The notes under the pieces: generated by a model
The model's database searches: none
What the model was told of the DNA's origin: nothing
The model's input: the letters and a program-made list of their open reading frames with translations, nothing else
From: Promethearchaeota archaeon
GTDB taxonomy: Archaea; Asgardarchaeota; Lokiarchaeia; Sigyniarchaeales; SOKP01
Assembly (NCBI GenBank): GCA_048940925.1
Contig: JBHLOC010000027.1
Span: 8,884-72,883 of the forward strand
DNA: 64,000 nucleotides
Direction of reading: 5' to 3'
Translations under genes and position numbers: made by a program
In this document: in pieces, positions 29,126-39,630 of the stretch
How the letters are laid out: the number at the start of each line of letters is the position of its first letter
Position numbering within the stretch: position 1 is the stretch's first letter

Positions 29126-30241
29126 TTAGTATTTTTCTTCAATAAATTCTTCCAATTTAAGCAATCCTTGATCCATATTCATTCTGCCAAACCCTATTCT
29201 AAAATGTTTATCCCCATAATCATACTTAGAACTTGGCATCAGCAAAATGCTTTTTTTTCGCAATAATTCTAAACAAAAGTCATCAATACTTTCATCCGTC
29301 AATATTCTGGGGAATGCTATTGAACTTGCTTTTGGTTTTATCCATTTGAATAGGTTCTTAAATTTATTAAAGAAATACTCCAGAATTTTGAGGTTCTTCT
29401 CAATAATTTTTAAGTTTCTCTGTAAAATGAATTTTTTATTCCTTAATGCTAAGATTGCAAAGAATTCACTTAGAGCACTATTACAAATTGTTGTATAATT
29501 CTTGAAAGAAGCTAACTTATTATATAATAATTTATCTTTAGTAGCAATCCACCCAATTCTTAAACCTGCTAGTCCAAATGCTTTAGACATTACTCCCAAA
29601 GATATGGCTTTTGAATAACAATCAGAAGCATTTGAAAGTCTGTCACTTTTATCATATTCTAATAACCGATATACCTCATCTGAGAAAACATGAATATTAT
29701 TCTTCTTTGCTATATCTAATATTGCATCCATCTTTTTTTGTGACATTAAATAGCCAGTTGGATTATGAGGACAATTTATTATTATTGCCTTGGTATTCTT
29801 TTTGATAGTTTCTTCTAAAAAGCTAATATCAAGTTCCCAAAAATTTTCATCGGTCATCATCCATTTTGTAACTTCACAACCAATAGCAGAAGCCACTTCA
29901 AAAAGAGATTGATAAGCTGGATATTGTACGATTATATGGTCTCCCTTATCTAATTGAACATTCATAAAGATAAAAATTGCTTCTTCTGCTCCAGAAAATA
30001 TAATAACATCATCAGGGAGGATATTTGTGTATAAATTTGAAATTTCATTTCTTAAAATAGGATCACCAAGGGATTCACTATACCCCAGTCTTTTTTGTTT
30101 TAATTCCTCTATTGAATTATCCTCTAAGGTTAATAATTCATTTACACTAAAAGACTCACAATCCGAGGAACAGAGCAAATACTTAACTTTAAATTCATAC
30201 TTAGCAAAATATTCTTCTAATTTAAATTCCTTGATCTTCAT
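29126..30241 (-). CDS. PLP-dependent aminotransferase class I/II
   Basis: NCPHNPTG, FSDEVYR and MSKAFGLAGLRIGW (PLP lysine). Confidence 0.92.
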   Translation of the reverse strand: MKIKEFKLEEYFAKYEFKVKYLLCSSDCESFSVNELLTLEDNSIEELKQKRLGYSESLGDPILRNEISNLYTNILPDDVIIFSGAEEAIFIFMNVQLDKGDHIIVQYPAYQSLFEVASAIGCEVTKWMMTDENFWELDISFLEETIKKNTKAIIINCPHNPTGYLMSQKKMDAILDIAKKNNIHVFSDEVYRLLEYDKSDRLSNASDCYSKAISLGVMSKAFGLAGLRIGWIATKDKLLYNKLASFKNYTTICNSALSEFFAILALRNKKFILQRNLKIIEKNLKILEYFFNKFKNLFKWIKPKASSIAFPRILTDESIDDFCLELLRKKSILLMPSSKYDYGDKHFRIGFGRMNMDQGLLKLEEFIEEKY

Positions 30242-30361
30242 TTAATAGAAGTAATAAAATTGATAGGATTTAAAGTTAGACTATTTTAATTATTTAATTG
30301 AATGTTAGTATTTGCGTCAAGAAAATTTATTCGATTTAGAAAAACAAGAAGAAATAAATAA

Positions 30362-32272
30362 TTATTTAAGTAAAACAGTTTCTAAATTCTTAGGAGCTGA
30401 GGTAGACTTTCGTAATTTTTTATGGATCATTGTGGATAAACTTATAGCTTTCGACTCCTCTCCATGACATACAAGAACTTTTTTCGGTCTGGGTTGAATT
30501 CTTCTTAAGAATTGAGAAATTTGACTACGAGATGAATGTCCACTAAAACCTTCAAGCGTGAAGACTTTTAAATTAATCTTTATGAGCTGAGTACGCCCCT
30601 TGGCATCTACATACGTAAACTCACGAAATCCCCTTTGTATCCTAGAACCTAATGTACCACTAACTTGATAAGACACAAATATTAATGAGTTTTTAGAGTC
30701 ATTAGCTAATTCTTTAAGATATTGAACTGAAGGTCCACCGATTAACATACCACTTGTAGCTAAAATTATACATGGACCTCCTTTAACAATATCTAATCGT
30801 TCTTCTTGAGCTGATACAGTTTCAAAATAATCACTTAAAAATGGGTTCTTTCCTTGGTGTAAAATTTTCTCCCTTAAATCACTACTGAGGAAATCTGGGT
30901 TCGCAGTATGGATAGCAGTTGCTTCACTAATTAATCCATCAATAAAAATTGGAACTTTATCAATAAGTCCTTTTGATATATATTCTTCTAAGACGATAAG
31001 TAATTCTTGAGCACGCCCCACAGCTAGAACAGGAATCAGAACTTTTCCATCCCTTTTTAAAGTTGAATTCAAAATTTGTTTGAGTTCTCTTTCAGATTCT
31101 TGTCTACTAGGTATACGATCTTGTGGACCACCATAAGTAGATTCAATTAATAGACTTTCTACTCTAGGGAATTTGACAGCTGCTTTTTCTAATAATCTAG
31201 TTTTTTGGAATTTGAAATCTCCTGTGTATACAAAATTATAATCTCCTTTCCCAAAATGCAAGTGAACCATTGAAGAACCTAAAATATGTCCTGAATTATG
31301 AAGAGTTAATTTAATATCTGGAGCAATATCAGTAACTTTACCCCATGAGAGAGGAATTGTGTGAAGAACAGTTTGTTTAACATCTCTTTTAGAATAAGGT
31401 GAAGGATTTCCTTCTTTTTCACAGATTTGAATAAAATCTAATTGTAACATGGTTGATAGATTTCTCGTGGGCAATGTACTATAAACTGGTCCACGATATC
31501 CATATTTATAAAGGAATGGTACAAGTCCACAATGATCTAAGTGTGCATGTGAAATAACTACTGCATCAAGATCACGTATCGAAAATTCAGGAATATCAAA
31601 AAATGGGAATTTATCATTTGGATTTCCAACATTTAATCCTACATCTAATAAGAGATTACTATCTCTAGTTTGGACTAATACACAGGATCTTCCTACTTCT
31701 CGGAAACCTCCCATAGCAGTTAATCTTATATTCAGATCTTTAAATAGAGCAGGTCTATGTATTCTTTTACCTATATCTAATAAGATATCTTTCTGGGTTT
31801 GTCGTTCCTTTTTCAACATTCCTCTAATTAATTGAATAGTTCTTGATGTTAGTGGAGGTGTTCTAATAGTTTTTGGTTGCCAAAAAGTATTAGTTCTAAT
31901 TTCCTTTAAATTAACACCTTTTTTGCCAATAACTAACCCCGGTTTTCCAGATTCAATTATAACTTCCCCTCTGGTATGATCAAATTCAATAGCAGTTATT
32001 TCTGCTTCTTCATTGACTAAATTTCTTATATATTCTTCTGTTTCTGCGGGATCCTTCCTTCTATCTACATTCCAGCGAAAAACAACACGCTTTCGCATAG
32101 TTTTAGCTAGATCCTTAAGAACAGTTGAGCTTTCAATTGCTTCAACATCAGAATTTTCAGAATATACTGCAATTTCTGGCCCTTCAAATTCAATTTTTTT
32201 GACTTTTATCTCTGATGGAAGATTTTCTATAATTTCGCTTTTTATTCTTTGTAATTCTCCTTCAAAACTCAT
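30362..32272 (-). CDS. fttA: Archaeal beta-CASP ribonuclease aCPSF1 / transcription termination factor FttA
   Basis: Two N-terminal KH domains (EFEGPE, KPGLVIGKKG), SHAHLDH, GHILGS, ESTYG, AVGRAQE and GFSGHS. Confidence 0.95.
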   Translation of the reverse strand: MSFEGELQRIKSEIIENLPSEIKVKKIEFEGPEIAVYSENSDVEAIESSTVLKDLAKTMRKRVVFRWNVDRRKDPAETEEYIRNLVNEEAEITAIEFDHTRGEVIIESGKPGLVIGKKGVNLKEIRTNTFWQPKTIRTPPLTSRTIQLIRGMLKKERQTQKDILLDIGKRIHRPALFKDLNIRLTAMGGFREVGRSCVLVQTRDSNLLLDVGLNVGNPNDKFPFFDIPEFSIRDLDAVVISHAHLDHCGLVPFLYKYGYRGPVYSTLPTRNLSTMLQLDFIQICEKEGNPSPYSKRDVKQTVLHTIPLSWGKVTDIAPDIKLTLHNSGHILGSSMVHLHFGKGDYNFVYTGDFKFQKTRLLEKAAVKFPRVESLLIESTYGGPQDRIPSRQESERELKQILNSTLKRDGKVLIPVLAVGRAQELLIVLEEYISKGLIDKVPIFIDGLISEATAIHTANPDFLSSDLREKILHQGKNPFLSDYFETVSAQEERLDIVKGGPCIILATSGMLIGGPSVQYLKELANDSKNSLIFVSYQVSGTLGSRIQRGFREFTYVDAKGRTQLIKINLKVFTLEGFSGHSSRSQISQFLRRIQPRPKKVLVCHGEESKAISLSTMIHKKLRKSTSAPKNLETVLLK

Positions 32273-32828
32273 AAATCTTCATCAAACAAGTTAATTACAA
32301 TTTTACTTCAAATTATATTTATTTTTTTAAATTGTAGAATTTAGAAGATGATACTTTAATCTCCTAAATTATATTCTAATTTATTAAACTGATTTCTTGA
32401 ACTACTTATTAATACTACGTAAAAATTCATATATGTATCGTATAGTTTTAATTACTTGTAAATGCTATTTTTGAATAAATAGAATAACAATCTCTTACAA
32501 TATGATTTGCTAATAGAAGAGAATCGTTTTTAGAATAAATCTTTCTAAATTTCTAAGATAATTATATATTGCTCAAATAAAAAGTTAACGATTTGATTGT
32601 ATAAACTGTTTACTTCTACTTTATTCATACTTCCTCACTCCTCAATAAAATAATTATGCTTATTATTTTCTATTTGCTTTATTTTTTCTAGAGAGGATAC
32701 TTGATTGTCTTATAGAAACTTAAAAATCTTAGAAAAAAATAGCCATAGTACTTTTTTTAAACTATTTCTTTTCGATAATACTTCATTAATAAGATATCTT
32801 TTTTTGAAAGAAAAACCTAAAATTTACT

Positions 32829-33461
32829 ATGGGAAAACTAAAAATAGGAGCAATTGCCTCAGGATCTGGCTCTAATTTCGAGAGTATTGCAAATGCTTGC
32901 GAAACAGGAATTCTAAAAAATAAAGCAACAGTAGAAGTGCTAATTTGTAATAAAGCTGGAGCATTTTGTATAGAACGGGCTAAAAATCATAACATTCCAT
33001 TTGTTTTAATTGAATCTGATAAACATAATGGAACAAGAGAGGAATTTGACCAAAGAATGATAAATATACTAAATAAATATGGGTGTGAACTTATTGTTCT
33101 TGTTGGTTATATGCGTTTTGTTAGTGAAATGTTCGTTAACCATTTTAAGGGGAATATCATGAATATTCACCCAGCTCTACTCCCTAGCTTTAAAGGGATG
33201 CATGCTCATGAAGATGCTTTAGCATATGGTGTTAAAGTCTCTGGAGTAACTGTTCATTTTGTAGATCCCTTTGAAGATCATGGGCCAATCATTATTCAAA
33301 AATGTGTACCTGTCTATGATTCGGACACCAAAGAAACTTTAGGTCCTCGAATTTTAAAGTGGGAACATAAAGCGTTCCCAAAAGCTATAGAACTCTTCTG
33401 TGATGGGAAATTACATATTGATGGGAGAATAGTTAAGATTAATGGAGAAGTTAAATTATGA
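32829..33461 (+). CDS. purN: Phosphoribosylglycinamide formyltransferase
   Basis: ASGSGSNF, GYMRF, NIHPALLPSFKG, GVTVHFVD and DHGPII. Confidence 0.95.
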   Translation: MGKLKIGAIASGSGSNFESIANACETGILKNKATVEVLICNKAGAFCIERAKNHNIPFVLIESDKHNGTREEFDQRMINILNKYGCELIVLVGYMRFVSEMFVNHFKGNIMNIHPALLPSFKGMHAHEDALAYGVKVSGVTVHFVDPFEDHGPIIIQKCVPVYDSDTKETLGPRILKWEHKAFPKAIELFCDGKLHIDGRIVKINGEVKL

Positions 33462-33480
33462 TCTATATTATAATATCTTA

Positions 33481-33575
33481 GGGAAATGATTTTATTGAAA
33501 GCTCTGACCCCACTGAAATCTCCAGAGAATTGCTGATTAATGAAGAAGATCTTGAGTTTTGAAAAATCATTTCCC
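33481..33575. other. Intergenic stem-loop element closed by a perfect 13-bp inverted repeat
   Basis: GGGAAATGATTTT (33481-33493) pairs with AAAATCATTTCCC (33563-33575); inner AAAGCTC/GAGTTTT. Confidence 0.55.
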
Positions 33576-33663
33576 ACTTACTTTTTCTAGGTTTAAATAC
33601 TAAAATTTTAATCAAAGAAATTATAATCCTACATAAATATTGACTGATCATTAGTAATGATTT

Positions 33664-35856
33664 ATGCCCCAAAGAAGAAAAGAAATCTCAGAGATCCTAA
33701 ACTTGATGGGAGACACTGCTAAAGTGAGATGTACGGCTTTGGTTGGTCATATTGACCATGGTAAGACCACCTTATCTGATTCTCTCCTCAGTGAAGCGGG
33801 TTTCTTATCTCCAGATTTAGCAGGTGAGGCTAGAGCTTTAGATTTTCTTGAAGAAGAGCAACAACGTGGTATCACTATGAAATCAGCAAATATATCACTT
33901 TATTATGAAAAATCTCTCGAGGAACATGAGCCATTCCTTATAAATTTAGTAGATACACCGGGTCATTTGGATTTTAGTGGAAAAGTCACTCGCGCATTAA
34001 GATTGGTTGATGGGGTTGTTGTAGTAGTAGATGCTGTTGAGGAAGTAATCACGCAATCTGAAACTGTTATTAAGCAAGCCTTACAAGAGGGAGTGAAACC
34101 TGTTTTATTTATAAATAAGGTTGATCGCTTAATCAGAGAATTAAAGCTTACTGATGAAGAGATAAGAGAAAAATATGTGAGAATAATTAAAGCATTTAAC
34201 ACTTTAATCGAAAGATATGCAGATCCCCCTTTCAATAAAAGATGGAAAGTTTCACCATTAGCTGGAAATGTTGCCTTTGGCTCAGCTCTTCATAAATGGG
34301 GTTTTACATTAAAAATATTAGAAAAAAGCAAATTAAAATTCAAGGACATTAGAGAAAGATATAATAAAGATACTTACACCAAAGAAAGTTACGTTGATTT
34401 AGCAATATACTTTCCAATTCATAAGGCAATTTTGGAAATGGTTGTTGATCATTTACCAAATCCAATAGAAGCGCAAAGATATAGAATAGAAAAAATTTGG
34501 GATGGTAATATCAATTCTGATTTAGGTCAAACTATGATTACTTGTAACCCGAATGGTCCATTAATAGTATGTTTAAGTAAAGTGCAGGTTGATAAACATG
34601 GATTAGTCGCAACAGGGAGAATCTTTTCAGGAAGTTGTGAGAAAAAAAATGAAATCTTTTTGATAAATGAAAATCAGTATGATAGAATTCAACGAATTGC
34701 CATTTTCATGGGGCAAAGAAGGGAACAAGTGGAAAAAATCCCTGTTGGGAATATTATAGCTATTGAAGGGCTTAAAAAAATTAAAAGCGGTGAAACCATA
34801 ATAGAGAGTCAAAGTATTGATGGTATGGTACCCTTTGAAAGTGTAAAATATGTTACAACCCCAGTTGTTACTGTTTCAATTGAACCTGAATATCTGAGGG
34901 ATCTCGACCGGATGAAACAATTAATTGAAAATCTACTAATCGAAGACCCTAATTTGAAATTTGAAATCAATGAAGAATCTGGTGAATTTTTATTAAGTGG
35001 AGTTGGACCTCTTCATCTTGAAGTGACTGCAGATGAAATTAGAAAAAGAGGTGTAGAAGTTTTCATCTCTGAACCCAGAGCTGTGTTCAAAGAATCATGT
35101 CGCTACAAATCTTCTTTGATTTCAATAGAATCTCCTAATGGTAGGGGATTTTTAAAATTGAGAATTGAAAGACTTGATGATAAGACAATAAGATTTTTTC
35201 GAACAATTGATTATCATACAGTAAAGCCTCTTAGTAAATTAAAAGAAGTCCTAAATGAAAAAACAAATTTAACAGATGAGGAAATTGAGAATTTCTGGCA
35301 ATGTGATGAAGATCAAAATATTCTGATCTATAAAGGAGATTTTAAACTAGATAAGTTTTACAAGAATACAATTTTAGAGATAATTGAAAAAATTCATTTA
35401 AGCGGTCCTTTATGTGGTGAAAAACTGACAGAAATCAAATTTATCATTTCTGAGTTAATAATTGAAAATATTGATGAAGAATCCGCCTTCTCGGAATTAT
35501 CAACAATGTTCTATAATGCTGTTAAAAAAGGATTACACGAAGCTGAATTGATATTGATGCAACCAATTTATCACACTATTATTCAACTTCCACCAGAATT
35601 CATTAAAGTGATAACCAGTTTACCTCCCAAACATTCTGCCAAAATAAAAAGTATAGATCAAGAAAAGGAATATCAAGCTATTATAGAATTATTATTACCT
35701 GTAAGAAATTCAGTTAAATTCGCTGAAGATATTAGATCAGCGACCTCAGGAAAGGCATTTTGGCAAAATGAGTTTTATGCATTTATGGAAGTTCCAGAAC
35801 ATCAATCAAAAAATTTAATTAAAGAGTTAAGATTTGTGAAAGGAATTTCATGGTAA
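33664..35856 (+). CDS. Elongation factor 2 paralog (aEF-2p type), lacking the diphthamide HRG motif
   Basis: GHIDHGKTT, RGITM, DTPGH, NKVD and GPLHLEV present. Domain IV reads ENIDEESAFSE where canonical EF-2 has HEDxxHRGPAQ. Confidence 0.88.
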   Translation: MPQRRKEISEILNLMGDTAKVRCTALVGHIDHGKTTLSDSLLSEAGFLSPDLAGEARALDFLEEEQQRGITMKSANISLYYEKSLEEHEPFLINLVDTPGHLDFSGKVTRALRLVDGVVVVVDAVEEVITQSETVIKQALQEGVKPVLFINKVDRLIRELKLTDEEIREKYVRIIKAFNTLIERYADPPFNKRWKVSPLAGNVAFGSALHKWGFTLKILEKSKLKFKDIRERYNKDTYTKESYVDLAIYFPIHKAILEMVVDHLPNPIEAQRYRIEKIWDGNINSDLGQTMITCNPNGPLIVCLSKVQVDKHGLVATGRIFSGSCEKKNEIFLINENQYDRIQRIAIFMGQRREQVEKIPVGNIIAIEGLKKIKSGETIIESQSIDGMVPFESVKYVTTPVVTVSIEPEYLRDLDRMKQLIENLLIEDPNLKFEINEESGEFLLSGVGPLHLEVTADEIRKRGVEVFISEPRAVFKESCRYKSSLISIESPNGRGFLKLRIERLDDKTIRFFRTIDYHTVKPLSKLKEVLNEKTNLTDEEIENFWQCDEDQNILIYKGDFKLDKFYKNTILEIIEKIHLSGPLCGEKLTEIKFIISELIIENIDEESAFSELSTMFYNAVKKGLHEAELILMQPIYHTIIQLPPEFIKVITSLPPKHSAKIKSIDQEKEYQAIIELLLPVRNSVKFAEDIRSATSGKAFWQNEFYAFMEVPEHQSKNLIKELRFVKGISW

Positions 35857-35877
35857 ATTTAAAAAGAGCGTTATTTG

Positions 35878-37263
35878 CTATTTGCTATTTTTGATAAATT
35901 TAATCATTTCCTCTGAAATTTGATAGTTGGAAAGTACTAAATCTGCATATCCTTTCTCAGCAGCGAATTTAGGCATAGCATAAAGAATACTCGTTTGTTC
36001 AGATTCTGCGATTGTTTTTCCACCAACCTTTTTAATAGCATGTAATCCCTCAACGCCATCAGATCCCATTCCTGTTAGTAAAATTCCCAAACATCGATTC
36101 TTATAGAGTTTTGCTGCCGAAAAAAACAGGACATCAATAGAAGGCATACAAAAATTAACAGGTGAACCTTTTTTTAATTTAATACAAGGTGTTTTCTTTT
36201 CAACTGAAACTTCCATATGCTTTTCTCCTGGAGCAATGTAACCTATTCCTGATTTAAGTATTTCTCCATGATTAGATACCTTAATCTTTAATTTACATTC
36301 TAAATCTAAATTTTCAGCGAAAGCATCTGTAAAATGAGAAGATAAGTGTTGCACTACTAAGATTGGAGCTGAAAAATCACTAGGAATATCTTTAAGAATA
36401 GTTGTAATTGTTCTAGGACCACCCACACTGGCACCGATAACGATTATATTTGATATTAAGTTAACATTATTGTCGGAGGTAAATTCAGCAAAATTAGTTG
36501 ATGTTAATTTGTGATCAGGAATTAAAGAGGTTGTTTTTAATGAACCTATATTCTCTAAAGTTGAGATTTTTTCAATATTATTTGGTATCGAGATAAGTTC
36601 TTGAGCTTTTTTTCGATTTAAGTTCGATTTCCATTTTGAAATAGCATCTAATTTTGGTAAATTACCTTTTTTAGATTTTTCATTGAAAAATTCCTTTGGT
36701 TTTGCTTTAAAAGTAAAATTATATTCATTTATCTTGTCAACTTCCTCAATAGGTTTTAATCGATTAAGATATTGACCAAAGTCAAAGATTTCATTAACAA
36801 TTTCTTGTCTAATAGTAGTTTTTTTAGTTAAAGACTTTTTCTCTTTCCTAAAAATTCTTTTTATCTGTGATTGTGAAGCTAACAGAACCTTAGCAAGTAG
36901 CTCTTTTCGAAATCGTGGTAAATCTTTTGCTCCAATGCCTCCTGGTTTAATAATATAATCAAATGCTCCCATTAACAATGCTTGAACAGAAGAATCCAAG
37001 TTTTTTGGACTTATTGCTGAAAGTATAATTGTAGGCGTTGGATGGTCTTTCATAATAATTTTAAAAGCATCTAACCCATTCATCTTGGGCATAACTAAAT
37101 CCAAAACTAAGACATCTGGTCTGTGTATTCTAATTAAATTAATAGTTTCTTTCCCATCTTTAGCAAAATCTACATTATTAATGAATTCATTTTTCTTGAG
37201 AATATCTGAGATACTCTTTCTTAAAAAAGCTGAATCATCGGCCACAAGAACATCAATATTCAA
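35878..37263 (-). CDS. cheB: Chemotaxis methylesterase CheB with long linker
   Basis: Receiver domain (ADDS, LDLVMP, KP) plus esterase triad motifs GASVGG, VQHL and TGMGSDG. Confidence 0.93.
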   Translation of the reverse strand: MNIDVLVADDSAFLRKSISDILKKNEFINNVDFAKDGKETINLIRIHRPDVLVLDLVMPKMNGLDAFKIIMKDHPTPTIILSAISPKNLDSSVQALLMGAFDYIIKPGGIGAKDLPRFRKELLAKVLLASQSQIKRIFRKEKKSLTKKTTIRQEIVNEIFDFGQYLNRLKPIEEVDKINEYNFTFKAKPKEFFNEKSKKGNLPKLDAISKWKSNLNRKKAQELISIPNNIEKISTLENIGSLKTTSLIPDHKLTSTNFAEFTSDNNVNLISNIIVIGASVGGPRTITTILKDIPSDFSAPILVVQHLSSHFTDAFAENLDLECKLKIKVSNHGEILKSGIGYIAPGEKHMEVSVEKKTPCIKLKKGSPVNFCMPSIDVLFFSAAKLYKNRCLGILLTGMGSDGVEGLHAIKKVGGKTIAESEQTSILYAMPKFAAEKGYADLVLSNYQISEEMIKFIKNSK

Positions 37264-37337
37264 TTAAGTCTCCCTTAAAACCATAATTAATTAATCCAAT
37301 AAATAGTAGTGTAATGAAATTTATATCTTTCTTAAAG

Positions 37338-38288
37338 CTAAAATAAACTTGAAATAAGAAAAGTAAATAATTCATCAATTCCCTGTCCAGTGAGGGCAGA
37401 TGTTTCAAAAAAGGGAATATTATATTGTTTTGCTAAGTTTTGAGCTTTTAATTTAAAATTTCCGCGACTTTCAGCTAGATCTATTTTATTTCCTACAAGA
37501 ACATGCGGAATAATTTTATTTCCTAAATATGATTGTGATTCTTCAAACCAATCAGGTATTTTTTTTATGGTATCTATATTTGAATAATCAAATAACAATA
37601 AAACAGCATTTGAATATTCATAGTAAAATCGTCGAATTTTGGCAAAATTCTTTAAACCACCTAAATCAAATAGGTATAATTTTAAATTGTAATCCTTTGA
37701 GATTTTTAATTTTTTCTCGAAAATTGTAATGCCAATAGTGGGGCTATAGATCTCGTTAAAAACACCCTTACAATACATCTCAGTTAACGTACTTTTACCT
37801 ACTGTTTCAGATCCTAAAATTGTGATTGTTTTTACAATACTTTCATTAAATCTTCCGTTAGTTAAGATTAATTTTCCTTTTTCATTTAATTTTGGAATTT
37901 TCATTGCTGTCTCAATATTATTTAAGATAAATGATATTTTCTGAGCAGTAATATAGACATATGGTATATATTTTTCAATATTTGAATAATGGTCTGCGAT
38001 TAAGACAAAAATAGCAGGTGTTCTTCTACCCAGTTCCATATAAAAAAGTTGAAATTCATTAGTATCAAATGTTCCACTCCCAAACGAGGTTTCTGCATAC
38101 CTCTTAATCTTACTTATAGTTTGTTCTAAAATAGCCATAATAGCTCCAATTAATTCTTCATCAAATGCTTTTGTCGATTGACGCGCTATAATTAAACCGT
38201 CTAAATCTACAACTAAAGCTGCTAACAAATCTTGAATTTCATCTAACAAATTACCTAATAAATCTTCCAAAACTGTTAATTTAGACAT
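37338..38288 (-). CDS. Roadblock/LC7 (MglB-like) domain fused to a Rab/Ras-like small GTPase
   Basis: N-terminal LAALVVDLDGLIIA roadblock pattern. G1 GSETVGKST, G2 PTIG, G3 DLGG, G4 NKID, G5 TSAL. Confidence 0.9.
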   Translation of the reverse strand: MSKLTVLEDLLGNLLDEIQDLLAALVVDLDGLIIARQSTKAFDEELIGAIMAILEQTISKIKRYAETSFGSGTFDTNEFQLFYMELGRRTPAIFVLIADHYSNIEKYIPYVYITAQKISFILNNIETAMKIPKLNEKGKLILTNGRFNESIVKTITILGSETVGKSTLTEMYCKGVFNEIYSPTIGITIFEKKLKISKDYNLKLYLFDLGGLKNFAKIRRFYYEYSNAVLLLFDYSNIDTIKKIPDWFEESQSYLGNKIIPHVLVGNKIDLAESRGNFKLKAQNLAKQYNIPFFETSALTGQGIDELFTFLISSLF

Positions 38289-38364
38289 TTTTAATATTTT
38301 TTATTTCTCTTCTGTAAATTCTTATTATTTTGATATTATCTCTTAAAATTTATACCTAAGATTA

Positions 38365-39048
38365 TTATAAATTCATACTGTATTTAATATTTAGAATTTC
38401 AAATAAATTCTTTAATAGATTCAAATTTGGTATAAGACAAATTACCCCGTTTAGTTTTATTTCTTTAACTTCCAACATTGTCTTAATTATTATAGAATAA
38501 TCAGAAATTTGAGAATATTTCGCTATAATGTAGTTTAGCATGGCATTTACATTATCAAGTGCAATCTGTGGAAAGGTGGGAATCAATTTAGTCGATAGTA
38601 AATCAGCTAAACTATTTGAATAATGACCAGCTAAAATACTTCCTATTTCTTTTATGATGCTGTGAGAAAATTCATCTAAATCGCTAAGTAGTTTTATTTT
38701 GTCAGCTGATAATTTTTCATATACCGTTAAATTATTTATTAAATTAATTATTGAATCCTTAGAGTAAACCTGAACTATTGTTAATTGAGATTCTTCATTA
38801 ATATTTGAGATTATTCCAAATACATTATTTTTTTTGTTATTAAACAACTCAGGGATTTCCCAAAATGGAATGATATTTACTGATGTTAAAGATACTTCAA
38901 CATTGTTATCTAGTAATTTTGAAAGAGCTGTAATAGCATGCCCCGAACCTATATTTCCTAGCTCTTTTAATAAATCAAGTTGCTCTGGAGTTAGTTCTAC
39001 ATCTACATAATTCTTTATATCATTTTTATTTTTTCTCATTTTTCTCAT
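38365..39048 (-). CDS. cheC: CheY-P phosphatase CheC
   Basis: DLLKELGNIGSGHAITALS and EIGSILAGHY motifs. Confidence 0.9.
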   Translation of the reverse strand: MRKMRKNKNDIKNYVDVELTPEQLDLLKELGNIGSGHAITALSKLLDNNVEVSLTSVNIIPFWEIPELFNNKKNNVFGIISNINEESQLTIVQVYSKDSIINLINNLTVYEKLSADKIKLLSDLDEFSHSIIKEIGSILAGHYSNSLADLLSTKLIPTFPQIALDNVNAMLNYIIAKYSQISDYSIIIKTMLEVKEIKLNGVICLIPNLNLLKNLFEILNIKYSMNL

Positions 39049-39064
39049 TTTTTAGAAATTTTTA

Positions 39065-39604
39065 TTAAAGTTTTTTAAACTCACTTTCTCCGCTTGATCT
39101 TACTAAAACGGAATAATTATGTGTGTTAAATATAATTACTCTTCCAGAGGAGCCACCTAAATCTTCATTTACAATTTTAATATCTGATTTTTTTAATTCT
39201 CTTTTTACGACTTCAATATTATTAGTGCCAATTATATTCTCATCTAAATCGAAAATTTTAGACCCTCCAACGATAATTGCTCTTATATTTTCAATTTTAG
39301 CTCCATGTGAAATCAGTTCATTCTTTAATAATTGTACTGACAGATCAGCATATTTATGAGGATAGTTTATTTTTTTCTTCGTATCTGCTTTTGGGAGTAA
39401 AATATGAGACATAGCACCGACTTTATTATTCTTATCATACAGGATAAGAGCAATACAAGAACCTAATCCGTAAATTGAAATTTTAATATGCACATTAGAT
39501 GATTTGTATTTACTATTGACTAGTGCATAGTGGCCTATTGGAAGGATAATTACACCATCTCTTCCAGTTTTTTCTATACGGCCAATTTGTTCTTCTTCAC
39601 TCAC
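39065..39604 (-). CDS. cheD: Chemoreceptor glutamine deamidase CheD
   Basis: GLGSCIA, SHILLP, KYAD, GGSKIF, IGTNN and EDLGGSSGR. Confidence 0.95.
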   Translation of the reverse strand: MSEEEQIGRIEKTGRDGVIILPIGHYALVNSKYKSSNVHIKISIYGLGSCIALILYDKNNKVGAMSHILLPKADTKKKINYPHKYADLSVQLLKNELISHGAKIENIRAIIVGGSKIFDLDENIIGTNNIEVVKRELKKSDIKIVNEDLGGSSGRVIIFNTHNYSVLVRSSGESEFKKL

Positions 39605-39630
39605 TTTTTAATATTCCTTTTCATAAATTA

